Below are positions 21,010 through 31,993 of a stretch of 64,000 nt of DNA, piece by piece; the first letter of the stretch is position 1; every line of letters begins with the position of its first letter. The stretch comes from Opitutales bacterium. GTDB taxonomy: Bacteria; Verrucomicrobiota; Verrucomicrobiia; Opitutales; UBA2987. The notes beneath the pieces were generated by a model that did no database searches, was not told the origin of the DNA, and was given only the letters and a program-made list of their open reading frames with translations. The stretch covers positions 570,248 to 634,247 of the forward strand of contig CBDDEL010000014.1 of assembly GCA_965226885.1 (NCBI GenBank), in the 5' to 3' direction. The position numbers and the translations under genes were made by a program.

Positions 21010-22457
21010 TCATGTTTGAGTTACCGGTCTCGCCGGAATACCCAACACAGTAGTGTCCGAAGGAACATCATGAGTAACAACACAACCGGCTCCCAAAACG
21101 GCATTATCGCCTACTCGGCAACCCGGAAGGACGGAGGCATGGCTGCCCACAAATACTCCCTGCCCCAATTGCGGGTAGTGTATAAAAAAGAATGTCATTT
21201 TGTATTTTTAGCTGTACAAATAGCGCTAGGCAGTTTATTCTTAGTGCATGGTTACTAAAATTATTAATTGTCGGCACTGTGGAAGTGAAAATATCATTAA
21301 ATTTGGCAAGACGCCCAACCATAAACAGCGCTACCGCTGCCATGATTGTGGTAAACAAAGCCGCGAAAACCCCACAGTGAAATACACCGAAGAGCAAAAA
21401 GAAATGATCCTTCGAGTCTATCAGGAACGCAGCAGTCTACGCGGTTTACAGCGCGCCTTCGGGGTGAGTCCCAACACCGTTTTGAGTTGGTTAAAAAAAA
21501 CGACAATCGCTGCGACCGCTCAAAAGCACGATTCTTGCGGCCCGCCGCCATGATGTCATTGAACTGGACGAACTGTGGTCTTTTGTGGGGCGCAAGAGCG
21601 ATGCCCAATGGGTTTGGATCGCTCTTTGCCGACGCACCCGTCAAATCCTCTCCTATGCCATTGGGCCTCGGGATTGGTATCGTTGCCGGGAACTTTACGA
21701 GCGTCTGCCACGGGCCTACAAAAGATGTGCCACCTACAGCGACTTTTGGAGCACTTATGATGAAGTCTTTCCTCATAACCGATCCGTGGGAAAAGAAACC
21801 GGTGAAACGGCCCATGTGGAACGATGGAACAATACCCTGCGCCAACGACTGGGTCGTTTCACACGCAAAACCCTCTCCTTTTCCAAGCTTAAGAGTATGC
21901 ATGAAACCTGTCTGAGACTTTTCATTCATCAATATAATCAAGAATTAGCCACCATTCCTACTTAATACACTACCCAATTGCGCATGTCCCGAAATATCGC
22001 AAAAACAGCTAAATTGGCAAAAATCTCCAATTACAACAATATGATTTAAACAGTAAATTAGATTAATTCTTACATAATTACCGATTATCAGGTCAATCGT
22101 TAGTATAGCCCTAGGGCATATAACATTTCCATCTCCCATTGTGATGTTGTGCCCCAAAATAGCCGTTGGATGTATAATATTCACAAATCTACCACCTCGG
22201 CTTAGCATTTTCTTTACACATTTCCTTTTAATTGAAGGGATGCCAATAGCGCATACAAACACATCAGCTGACTCAGGTTGATAATTTTCAATAGTATCTA
22301 TTATGCCAATCGTAAGAGTATATCCTCGCAATGCATCCAGGTTATCATCCAGAAACCCTTTAATAACCCATTTATTATTATGTTCCGGGCACTGACTAGC
22401 CCAAGTATAAACTTTTCGCCCAAAATCTCCCGCGCCAATAATAATTAATTTTTTCAC
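21010..22457 (-). pseudogene. pglD: PglD/NeuD-family sugar acetyltransferase interrupted by IS1
   Basis: IIGAG, hexapeptide repeats; ...ISGHAQLG resumes as QGVFVGSHAS...GIPARP* beyond the IS. Confidence 0.85.
21174..21974 (+). mobile_element. IS1-family element (insA 21248-21553, insB to 21965 via -1 frameshift)
   Basis: GGTAGTG...CACTACC ends; 8-bp TSD CAATTGCG; A8C slippery site near 21493. Confidence 0.93.
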
Positions 22458-22460
22458 GTG

Positions 22461-23090
22461 CTATTTGAGATCATAACGGGTATTGGATTCATTTCCCATA
22501 AACTCTTGTGTTGTCGCGTGTCCTTCTTGCGTTATGCCTTCACATTTAAATGTTTTCACCACAGTTAATATAAGAATTTTCAAGTCGAGCATAATACTTC
22601 TGTTATCCACATACCAAACATCCAACCTGAATTTATCTTCCCATAAAATTGCATTCCGTCCATTGACCTGTGCCCAGCCGGTTATGCCAGGTCGTACCTC
22701 GTGCCGCCGAGCTTGTTCGGGGCTGTAACGTTTGAGGTAGCGCATTAATAACGGCCTTGGTCCTACAAGGCTCATATCACCCCGTAACACATTAATCAGT
22801 TCAGGCAGTTCATCTAAACTCGTGCTGCGCAAAATGGTACCAAATTTTGTAAGGCGTTCCTTATCCGCCAAAAGTTCTCCCTCATTATTATAAATATTTA
22901 GCATGGATCTGAATTTTAACAACGTAAATTTCCGACCGTCCAACCCAGGTCTGTCATGTCGAAATATCACTGGCGTTCCAAGCTTTATTCTTATCAATAG
23001 AACAATTATCAAAAAAACCGGTATAAACATAATCAACAAAATGGTTGAAGCTAGAATATCGATGCCTCTCCTCATTTTACATAGATTCAA
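22461..23090 (-). CDS. pglC: Phosphoglycosyltransferase (PglC-like sugar transferase)
   Basis: KFRSM, SLDELP, MSLVGPRP, RPGITGWAQVNGRN. Confidence 0.92.
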   Translation of the reverse strand: MNLCKMRRGIDILASTILLIMFIPVFLIIVLLIRIKLGTPVIFRHDRPGLDGRKFTLLKFRSMLNIYNNEGELLADKERLTKFGTILRSTSLDELPELINVLRGDMSLVGPRPLLMRYLKRYSPEQARRHEVRPGITGWAQVNGRNAILWEDKFRLDVWYVDNRSIMLDLKILILTVVKTFKCEGITQEGHATTQEFMGNESNTRYDLK

Positions 23091-24264
23091 CCAATGGAAG
23101 ACAATTCTTCAGAAATACTTCCTTGCAGTAATTCTTTTTCACAAAGTCATATCCGTTTTTAATAATATATTTATATGCCACCGGATTTTCTAACGCGTCA
23201 ATAATCATTCTCGAAAATTCTTTGGATTCATTGCCGCACAAAAAATGTTTTCCGGGAATTCCCTCAATACCTTGAATTCCAACTCTTGTTGAAACAAGCA
23301 ATTTTCCCCATGCCATTGCAATCAAACTTTTTATTTTAATGCCAGACCCACTATCTTGTGTATTTAAAAAAATAAATCCATTTTCCAATATAGGTTTCAC
23401 ATCTGATATATATCCTAATCCCCTTATACCAATCGATGTGTTATTAAAAGATTCTGTATTTTGTCCACCAAGTATTAACAATGCATGAGGTATCTTCGAT
23501 TTAATTCTTGGCCAGTCCTGCTCGATAAATTTACGCAATCCGCCTTCCTTTCGATAATCGATAGTAACAAGACTAATTATTGTGTAGAAATCTACTTTTG
23601 ATATGTTGTGTTCTTCGGGAATATCGACATATACCCCAAACACGCCATTTGAATCCACTCCAAGGTTCTTCTTATAAATATTGGCATCTCTTGCTGTAAT
23701 TGACCAAACCAAGTCTGCCATATTTAAAGTTCTCAATTCAAAATACTTTACTTTAGCCACTTCTATAGTCCACGCAATGCGTATCAATAAATTACCCTGT
23801 TTACTGAAATTTGAAAAAGCCTCAAAAAGCACGTCGTGACTTCTAACTACTGTTTTTATACGATGATTTCCTTTTTTTAAGTATTTTTGAAAAATTGCAA
23901 TTGGGATGCCTTCAAATATCACAACTGGCATTACTCCATACTTAGATTTATATTCTTCAATTACTTCCGAAAGCGCATAATAAAGGGATTTGTCCCTGAA
24001 TTGCTGCACACAGGCTGGTAAAGAGCTTAACAAACTTGAAATGAATCTTCTTAATAAACTGTGGCGTTTTATAGAAAGATGTCTAAATTCAATATTAGGA
24101 AATATGTTCTTTATATTTTCAACTAATTCCGATTCTGTTACACCTACATAACAAATGTTTAAATATTTCTGCCTCATAGCTGCAATCGTAGAACTTGTAG
24201 CTATGCCATATCCAGAATTGTTATCCGGCCAACCATGAGCAACAATTATCACAGATTTAGACAA
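23077..24264 (-). CDS. GT4-type glycosyltransferase
   Basis: GSGIKIK...AMAWGK..VST..G..G C-terminal GT-B motif. Confidence 0.75.
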   Translation of the reverse strand: MSKSVIIVAHGWPDNNSGYGIATSSTIAAMRQKYLNICYVGVTESELVENIKNIFPNIEFRHLSIKRHSLLRRFISSLLSSLPACVQQFRDKSLYYALSEVIEEYKSKYGVMPVVIFEGIPIAIFQKYLKKGNHRIKTVVRSHDVLFEAFSNFSKQGNLLIRIAWTIEVAKVKYFELRTLNMADLVWSITARDANIYKKNLGVDSNGVFGVYVDIPEEHNISKVDFYTIISLVTIDYRKEGGLRKFIEQDWPRIKSKIPHALLILGGQNTESFNNTSIGIRGLGYISDVKPILENGFIFLNTQDSGSGIKIKSLIAMAWGKLLVSTRVGIQGIEGIPGKHFLCGNESKEFSRMIIDALENPVAYKYIIKNGYDFVKKNYCKEVFLKNCLPLVESM

Positions 24265-24266
24265 TT

Positions 24267-25097
24267 TTATAGATTCCCAACAGATATTTTTTTTAATTTA
24301 ATTTTTATTAATTTATAGCGGGATTCACTCTTCCGTGGTATAAATACGATATTTTGACCACATTTTTCATCAAACAGTTTTTTTTTTATCGAAAAATCAG
24401 ATAATATGTACCCATCATAATTTCTTTTATACATAAACGAAAATATATCCTTCACGTCATAACCGTATCGATGTCCGTGACCGATTTCGAGTATAATAAT
24501 GCAATTGTTTTTTTCTATAATTTTCTTTGCACCTCGCAATACGTGCATTTCATAACCCTCAACATCACATTTCAATAGACTTGTCTCTAATAATTTTGGA
24601 TGTACATGAATTAAATCGTCCAATTTTTTTAAAATGACCATAATTTTATTTGAGACTATTCCATCGCCAGAATATGCTAAATGACTCAAACCCCTGAATC
24701 GACGACCGATGGAATCACAGACATTTAGGTAATGTTGTTCCTCCTTATCGGATAGGCCGTATTCAAAAATAATTGTGTTTTTTAAGGATAACAGCTTAAT
24801 TGTTTTTTTTGTTACCTTTGCATAATAAGGGTCGATTTCAAAAGCGTAAACTTGTCCTTCCAGGCCAACGGCTTTTGAAAGATGGTATGTCCAATTTGCT
24901 CCATTGGCACCTGCATCAACAGCTACTTCCCCCTTCATCAAACATAGAGATATTATATTCATTTCCGGTTCACGGTTTTTACCCTTCTTTATCAAATAAA
25001 CAAATCGGAGGGCATGAATCCATTCCAGTCCCCCTTCACCGAATAAGGCTTTAAGAATCGTTACAATTAACGACTTCATTAATTTTTCTCCACCCAA
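24267..25097 (-). CDS. FkbM-family methyltransferase
   Basis: VDAGANG, VYAFE, KCDVEGYE..VL.GA. Confidence 0.88.
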   Translation of the reverse strand: MGGEKLMKSLIVTILKALFGEGGLEWIHALRFVYLIKKGKNREPEMNIISLCLMKGEVAVDAGANGANWTYHLSKAVGLEGQVYAFEIDPYYAKVTKKTIKLLSLKNTIIFEYGLSDKEEQHYLNVCDSIGRRFRGLSHLAYSGDGIVSNKIMVILKKLDDLIHVHPKLLETSLLKCDVEGYEMHVLRGAKKIIEKNNCIIILEIGHGHRYGYDVKDIFSFMYKRNYDGYILSDFSIKKKLFDEKCGQNIVFIPRKSESRYKLIKIKLKKISVGNL

Positions 25098-26212
25098 TTC
25101 ACAGGCACATTACCAGTTAAAGTTTCGTAAAGTTTTTCTGGAGTGTTCTGAATTAGATATTTTTTTATAACTGAATTATTTGTTATATTTGTTTTAATAT
25201 ATAACAACTCACTTAATTTTTTCCTGAAGTCCAATTCACTTTCCGCCGAAAATGTTTTTCCTGCAGAAAGTCTCATTACTCTTTTTCCAAGAATCCCCCA
25301 ATTTGTAGCCAAAACTGGCACCCCGTTATAAATTGAGTCGACGAAAATACCACTGCTTCCACCAAAGTATATATATGGCAAAATCACAGCTGAGGCATTC
25401 GAGTATAAATAATACATTTCTTGCTCTGACAATTTCCAATCCATTAATATTACTTTCACTGGATAAACAAATTTTTCACATAGCATTTTAATTTCAGGTG
25501 ATTTTTCGATTGAACCACCTATAAATACTCTCAATGGAGTGTCCCATTTCAGTAATGCACGAAGTGCCCAAGAAGTACCTTTATGTGGTAAATGATATCC
25601 CATAAATACTATTGTTGGTAATTTACTTTCCTCTTGTACATACTTGGATGTAATCTCATTAGTACGTCTTTTGAAGGGGTCTGGACACCACTCTACTTGA
25701 TTGCTAATCAAATGAATGTTTTTAAAATATTTTACTATATCTTCGTTCACAAAGTATATTTTTGTATTCTTAAAACATATTAAAAACATTATTATAAAGC
25801 CTGATACCAGTAATTTTTTGACCCAATCAATTAAAAAATATTTTCTAGGATAAAAGAAGCTGCCACCAAACCAAATCCCTTCGATATTAGGAATTTTCTG
25901 AAATAATAATCCTTTTTCTATAAAAAACATTATATTTGAATATAACAAATAATCAAAGTGAAGATGAAGGCATTCTGTAACTTGTTTATTATAATTCAAT
26001 AATTTGATTATTTTTTCAAGCTCCTCTTTTGCTAGTGGCATTTTTTTGAATGGAATATACACTGTAGCTTTGCAATTTTCTTTTACACAGTTTGATACTT
26101 CATTCCATAAGGATTGAGAGGTCAACAAAATGCCATCAAATCCACTTCTTATCATTATTTCGACATAATTGGGATGGTGACCGGTCGGATTAAAATCAAC
26201 AATCAATTTCAT
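25079..26212 (-). CDS. GT4-type glycosyltransferase
   Basis: N-terminal GHH, HKG, ILPY...SSG...GVPVLAT. Confidence 0.75.
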   Translation of the reverse strand: MKLIVDFNPTGHHPNYVEIMIRSGFDGILLTSQSLWNEVSNCVKENCKATVYIPFKKMPLAKEELEKIIKLLNYNKQVTECLHLHFDYLLYSNIMFFIEKGLLFQKIPNIEGIWFGGSFFYPRKYFLIDWVKKLLVSGFIIMFLICFKNTKIYFVNEDIVKYFKNIHLISNQVEWCPDPFKRRTNEITSKYVQEESKLPTIVFMGYHLPHKGTSWALRALLKWDTPLRVFIGGSIEKSPEIKMLCEKFVYPVKVILMDWKLSEQEMYYLYSNASAVILPYIYFGGSSGIFVDSIYNGVPVLATNWGILGKRVMRLSAGKTFSAESELDFRKKLSELLYIKTNITNNSVIKKYLIQNTPEKLYETLTGNVPVNWVEKN

Positions 26213-26219
26213 TATCTGC

Positions 26220-27173
26220 TCAATCCACTTTCCTTATTAACCCGCGTATAATTGATTTTAATATAATTTTAAAATTATACATTTTATCGTCACTCGCTTC
26301 GAATATAGCTCCAATACACTCTTTAATCCCCTTTAGATCCAAATTAGCCACTTTAAATCCGAGCAAGTAACCGATAACTCCAACGTGATATTTTCGCATC
26401 CTATGCTCTCCTCTGTCATCGCCGTACCAATCAATAAATACAGGAAGCCACTTTTTAACAAATCGATTAACCCCATCGAGTCTAGAGCGGATATCATTCA
26501 TCATGGTAAATCGATTTAATCGGCTGTAGGATATAACTAATGGCTCCTCTACCACTACACATCTAAAGCCCTTGAGCGCAACTGCCATCCATATATCGTG
26601 ATCTATTCCTGAAGTCAATGACTCATCGAATCCACCAGCTTGAAGAAGAGCTTGTCTGGAAAACATTGACGAAGATGAAATTGTTTGAATGCCTTCCTTG
26701 ATAATAGCTTCCTTGAGAATACCATTGTTGGCAGCCCTTAACAATTTTGGAGATCGACGGCTTCCCGGAAATCGTGTTTCCAGGCTTGAATGGATTACGC
26801 CAAAATCTCTTTTTTTGTCCTCTCCCAGTTCGATTATCTTATCTATAAGGATTTCAATTCTATTTTTTTTCCACTCATCATCATCATCTAAAAAAGAAAT
26901 ATATTTTCCTTTGGCCAGGTGCAAAGCCACATTTCGAACAAATGGTAAACCGTGGTTTTCTTTAAGGCGCTTGTAAAATATATTGGATAGGTTATTTTGT
27001 GAAAACCACTTTTCAATACCACTTGTAGAACCATCTTCTACAACAATTATTTCGAGTTTTTCATATGATTGCCCATTAACGCTTAATATAGCTCTTTTTG
27101 CTTCCCAAAGTCTGTCATAGGTTGTCACAACAGCAGTGACTAGTGGCTTTGTATTTTTTAAATTCTTCGTCAT
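26220..27173 (-). CDS. GT2-family glycosyltransferase
   Basis: VVTTYDR, VEDGS, FLDDDDEW, GGFDE. Confidence 0.9.
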   Translation of the reverse strand: MTKNLKNTKPLVTAVVTTYDRLWEAKRAILSVNGQSYEKLEIIVVEDGSTSGIEKWFSQNNLSNIFYKRLKENHGLPFVRNVALHLAKGKYISFLDDDDEWKKNRIEILIDKIIELGEDKKRDFGVIHSSLETRFPGSRRSPKLLRAANNGILKEAIIKEGIQTISSSSMFSRQALLQAGGFDESLTSGIDHDIWMAVALKGFRCVVVEEPLVISYSRLNRFTMMNDIRSRLDGVNRFVKKWLPVFIDWYGDDRGEHRMRKYHVGVIGYLLGFKVANLDLKGIKECIGAIFEASDDKMYNFKIILKSIIRGLIRKVD

Positions 27174-27368
27174 TTATAGTTATTTTTAAGGGTAATATTA
27201 TGCAATATTATCCATATTACCGCAGTAGATGAGGATTATGGTTCGATAGTTTTGGAAGTTTCGTAAGCTTTACGCATTGGCTATTCTAATCTGAATTTTT
27301 ACGTTTGAACCTATGATTGCAAAATATTTGATATGCAGTTAATGGTGAGTTATGATCCGCTCCTACAA

Positions 27369-28793
27369 TTATCTGTAAATGCTTTTTATGGAGGGTATTA
27401 TCGATTTATCTATTTTAATTATAGCCAAACCATAAATTATGAATGCCGTTAATATTATCAACAAGAAAACTATCCAATTTCCGGGAGTGATTTTAATCAA
27501 CAAAGAAACTGCCAAAGCCATGATTGAAACCGGAAGAATCGTTTTGCCAAATCCATGAATCCATTCGAAATAACCGCCCACCCGTTTATGGACAAAATAA
27601 AGACTGATTGGAAGAATGAGTAAAGAGGAAATTGCGGAAACAGCGGCAATACCAACTAAACCGGCCAAATTGTATCCAAAATAAAGCAGAGCACCAATTG
27701 ACATTGCCCTAACAGACTCCAAGACCAAAATTGGCTTTGGTTTTCCAGTGGCTTTAAAAAAGGCACCTCCCAACCCGGCAACACTTCTAAATAACCCTCC
27801 TATTACCAACAGGGAAAGGGGCAACGCAACCGACTCCCATTTATCCCCTAAAATGAGGGGAGTAAACTTAGGTGAGAGGAGAGCTACCCCGATGGCAGAA
27901 GGCGCGACAAGAAGGATAGAATAGCGAAGGGTAAGACTGAATGCCTGCCGCAATTTCACGGAATCGTTTTGCAGTTTTGCATAAGCCGGTTGCGTGACTC
28001 TGCCGACGACCTTGACGAATTCTGTGGTCGGAAGGTTTGCCAGGTAAACCGCCATGAAATAAATACCTAAAGTTTCTGTATCAAGGAAATGTCCGATAAA
28101 TATTTTATCCAGATTGAGAGCCAGGTAACTGACAATACCAGCGAGGAAAAGCCATACTCCATAATTCCAAAGGAATGCTGCTTTTCCCAATCTAAATTCA
28201 AATCTTGGACGGTATGGATGGAATAAAAACGAGGTAATTGTCGCCACCAGTTCACCTGCGAATAAACCGTAAACCATTCCCAAAACGTTTTTAAAATAAA
28301 AAGATAAGGTTATAGTGGCAATGAAAGTAACACCGACAAATATAAGATTGAAATAGGATTCCTTTTTAAAATTCAAATCTCGCTGAAGAAGGATAATACC
28401 GATGCTCCGGAAACCGCGAACAAATTGAGTTAGAGCCATGAATTGAGCAACTTTGACAACAGCAGGCTCATGAAATATTTTTCCCATTAATGGAGCCAAA
28501 AGCAGGCATAAAATTGCCAATATTATACCTCGATATACCTGAATCCAATAGCTTGTGTGGAGGAAACTTTCCAAGTCATCTCGAATATGAATCAAGGCAT
28601 CTTCAAATCCAGTTCTAGTGAACACCTCGAATGCCAGAATCATGATTGAAGCAAGTGCGAACAGTCCGAATTCTTCAGGGGCGAGCAGACGCGCCAGAAT
28701 TAAAGTGCGCAATAAGGCCAGACTCCTCTGAATTACTTGCAGACTGAGAACCCAAAAGCTGCCTTTAATAATTTTATGCGAAAGTTCTTTCAT
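27369..28793 (-). CDS. wzx: Wzx-type polysaccharide flippase
   Basis: ILARLL.PEEFG, many TMs, LG.KW; start taken at MKELSHK. Confidence 0.85.
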   Translation of the reverse strand: MKELSHKIIKGSFWVLSLQVIQRSLALLRTLILARLLAPEEFGLFALASIMILAFEVFTRTGFEDALIHIRDDLESFLHTSYWIQVYRGIILAILCLLLAPLMGKIFHEPAVVKVAQFMALTQFVRGFRSIGIILLQRDLNFKKESYFNLIFVGVTFIATITLSFYFKNVLGMVYGLFAGELVATITSFLFHPYRPRFEFRLGKAAFLWNYGVWLFLAGIVSYLALNLDKIFIGHFLDTETLGIYFMAVYLANLPTTEFVKVVGRVTQPAYAKLQNDSVKLRQAFSLTLRYSILLVAPSAIGVALLSPKFTPLILGDKWESVALPLSLLVIGGLFRSVAGLGGAFFKATGKPKPILVLESVRAMSIGALLYFGYNLAGLVGIAAVSAISSLLILPISLYFVHKRVGGYFEWIHGFGKTILPVSIMALAVSLLIKITPGNWIVFLLIILTAFIIYGLAIIKIDKSIIPSIKSIYR

Positions 28794-28818
28794 TAATGAA
28801 GGTGAAATTACAACTAAA

Positions 28819-29940
28819 TCACGATTCACCATAAAAATCGGCAATTAACGACACCACATACTCTTGCTGGTCTATGGTGAGTTCAGGGTAAATCGGAAGA
28901 GCCAGTGTTTCCTTTGCGGCTTTTTCGCTATGGGGAAAATCACCTTCGGCATAACCCAAAAAGGAAAAGCATTTTTGCAGGTGAAGAGGCACAGGGTAAT
29001 AAACCTCATGGCCAATCTCTTTTTTTCTCAAAAATTCGCACAACTGATCACGCCGGTCAGATTTTATGATGTATTGATTATAAACATGGCGTGAGGTTTT
29101 ATCGACAGGTGTTTTAATCAATTCCCGATTTATTAAGCCCGATTCTTTAAAAAGGCGGTTGTAGCGTTGGGCATTGATCTGACGAGCCATAGTCCAGCTA
29201 TCTAGATAGGATAGTTTCACGGTTATGACTGCCGCCTGTAAAGCATCTAAACGGAAATTTCCACCCACCTGGTCATGATAGTATTTTTGTTGCGACCCGT
29301 GATTACGTAATGATGCCATAATATCAGCTTTCTCCCGATCATTGGTTACAACCATTCCAGCGTCTCCGGCAGCCCCCAGGTTTTTAGATGGGAAAAATGA
29401 GAAACATCCATAACTTCCAAAGGTTCCAGCCCTCTTTCCATTATTTTCGGCTCCGATAGCCTGAGCGGCATCTTCTATTATAGTCAAATCATGTATTTTG
29501 GCCAAGGAAACTATGGGATCCATATCGGCCAATTGACCAAATAAGTGAACTGGTATAATTGCTTTTGTTTTTTTCGTTATTTTTTCCGTTATGGCGGAAG
29601 AATCTATAGTGTATGTACCAGGGTCGATATCAACAAAAACGGGTCGCGCCCCCAACCGGACAATTGAACCGACGGAAGCAAAAAAAGAGAAGGGAGTGGT
29701 AATTACCTCGTTGCCCTTGCTTATGTTCTCGGCCATCAGACTGATGATGAGGGCATCCGTCCCGGAGGAAACGCCGACTGCAAATTGGCAATCAGAATAA
29801 GCTGCCACGGCTTTTTCGCATTCAGTTACCTTGTCACCATTAATGAACATTTGTGAGGAAAAAATTTCGGCGACAACGGAATCGATCTCCGTTTTAATAG
29901 AATGGTATTGCGCTTTTAGGTCGAGCAGGGGAACTTTCAT
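28819..29940 (-). CDS. DegT/DnrJ-family aminotransferase (WbpE-like)
   Basis: VPLLDLKAQY, SSGTDAL, EDAAQAIGA, SFFPSKNLG. Confidence 0.9.
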   Translation of the reverse strand: MKVPLLDLKAQYHSIKTEIDSVVAEIFSSQMFINGDKVTECEKAVAAYSDCQFAVGVSSGTDALIISLMAENISKGNEVITTPFSFFASVGSIVRLGARPVFVDIDPGTYTIDSSAITEKITKKTKAIIPVHLFGQLADMDPIVSLAKIHDLTIIEDAAQAIGAENNGKRAGTFGSYGCFSFFPSKNLGAAGDAGMVVTNDREKADIMASLRNHGSQQKYYHDQVGGNFRLDALQAAVITVKLSYLDSWTMARQINAQRYNRLFKESGLINRELIKTPVDKTSRHVYNQYIIKSDRRDQLCEFLRKKEIGHEVYYPVPLHLQKCFSFLGYAEGDFPHSEKAAKETLALPIYPELTIDQQEYVVSLIADFYGES

Positions 29941-30036
29941 AAAAATAATGGGATTATAATTTTCTATCCTATGAAGGGATTGGTATTAGATGTTCTCTGA
30001 AGCCGAAATGATGGCGGGAAGCCAGCTTCTATTTTC

Positions 30037-31993
30037 GGTAGTGTATTAAGTAGGAATGGTGGCTAATTCTTGATTATATTGATGAATGAAAAGTCTCAGA
30101 CAGGTTTCATGCATACTCTTAAGCTTGGAAAAGGAGAGGGTTTTGCGTGTGAAACGACCCAGTCGTTGGCGCAGGGTATTGTTCCATCGTTCCACATGGG
30201 CCGTTTCACCGGTTTCTTTTCCCACGGATCGGTTATGAGGAAAGACTTCATCATAAGTGCTCCAAAAGTCGCTGTAGGTGGCACATCTTTTGTAGGCCCG
30301 TGGCAGACGCTCGTAAAGTTCCCGGCAACGATACCAATCCCGAGGCCCAATGGCATAGGAGAGGATTTGACGGGTGCGTCGGCAAAGAGCGATCCAAACC
30401 CATTGGGCATCGCTCTTGCGCCCCACAAAAGACCACAGTTCGTCCAGTTCAATGACATCATGGCGGCGGGCCGCAAGAATCGTGCTTTTGAGCGGTCGCA
30501 GCGATTGTCGTTTTTTTTAACCAACTCAAAACGGTGTTGGGACTCACCCCGAAGGCGCGCTGTAAACCGCGTAGACTGCTGCGTTCCTGATAGACTCGAA
30601 GGATCATTTCTTTTTGCTCTTCGGTGTATTTCACTGTGGGGTTTTCGCGGCTTTGTTTACCACAATCATGGCAGCGGTAGCGCTGTTTATGGTTGGGCGT
30701 CTTGCCAAATTTAATGATATTTTCACTTCCACAGTGCCGACAATTAATAATTTTAGTAACCATGCACTAAGAATAAACTGCCTAACGCTATTTGTACAGC
30801 TATTAATCCGTCAATTGAATAGTAACAGTTAAGCGGCGTATTGAACATCCCGATGATGGAAGAGTTTTTTAATCAAAATTGGTTTTCGTTGCCTGCTGCG
30901 CAGGTGGGTTCGCAGACTTCCCTGCAACTCAATTTGGCTGCGCGGGGCCGGCAGGTTCTTCAAGTTGGCTTTGACCGTGTTATTCAAATACTCATCGGGG
31001 TTCAATTCGGGACTGTAAGATGGTAGATAAAAAATCCCGATCCTATCGCGGTGGGCTTCAATCCAACCGGTTACTTTTTTAGCATGATGCACTCTCAGAT
31101 TGTCCACAATGAGAAAGATTTTCCGTTTGGCTCCTTTGATTAATTGGCGCAGAAATTTGATAAACAGTTCCACATTCAAGGCTCCCTTGTAAACCATGAA
31201 ACGCAGCTTTCCACGGTTGGTTATAGTCGAGATCATGCTCGTGCTAAAACGACGCGCACTGCGTTTGGCAACTGGCGTTTTACCGCGCGGAGCATAACCT
31301 CTTCCCCGATGATCTTCGCTACTGATGCCGGTGATGCCGGTTTCATCTCCCCAGTGGATTTGGGCCTGTTGCGCTTTGGCTCTGGCTTCGATGGCCGGGT
31401 AAGTTTGATCAAGCCACTTCTTAATCGCCTCAGGCTGCTGCTCATAGGCTTGTCTTCGAGGTTTTTGTGGAGTGAAACCCCAACGGCGAAGATACTCGCC
31501 CACCGTGCGGATCGGCATCTTCAAAGCAAACTGCCTTTCAATCAACTCTTGCACCGCTTGGCGCGTCCACAGGGCAAAGGGCATCTTAAGCTGGTCGGGT
31601 CTCTTATCGGTAATCATTCGGCACACCATGCGCTCTTGTTGGGAGCTCAATCTTCGACATTGGCCCTGCCGACGGCCCCGTTGTCCAAGCCGCAGGGCTT
31701 TTGGCCCTCCATTTCGGTAAAGGGCCCACCATTTGCGCACAGCGCTGATCGATACCTTTAAAACCACGGAAACCTCTTCATAAGTGCAACCCTCTCTTTT
31801 CAGATCCACCGCCCGACACCTCAGCTCATATATAGTCTCTTCGCTTAGTGAACGCGCATCATTCCTATTCATGAACCTACTTTAGCATAAGTTATTGATA
31901 TGTCACTATTTATTTGCCGGGTTATTGATATGTCACTATTTATTTGCCGGATTAATAAAAATACAAAATAACATTCTTTTTTTATACACTACC
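30037..31993 (-). mobile_element. IS1-family element with a nested IS630
   Basis: Same type as the 21174 copy; 8-bp TSD CTATTTTC; left arm split at a TA by IS630. Confidence 0.92.
30803..31955 (-). mobile_element. IS630-family element (transposase 30829-31872)
   Basis: TA duplication; IRs TTAATCCG(G/T)CAA..; WGDETG, VDN...H, LPSYSPELNPDE motifs; 9-bp and 30-bp tandem duplications. Confidence 0.92.

Noticed and set aside
31891..31950. 30-bp and other direct repeats as a CRISPR array
   Set aside because: Only two abutting copies, no spacers, no cas genes
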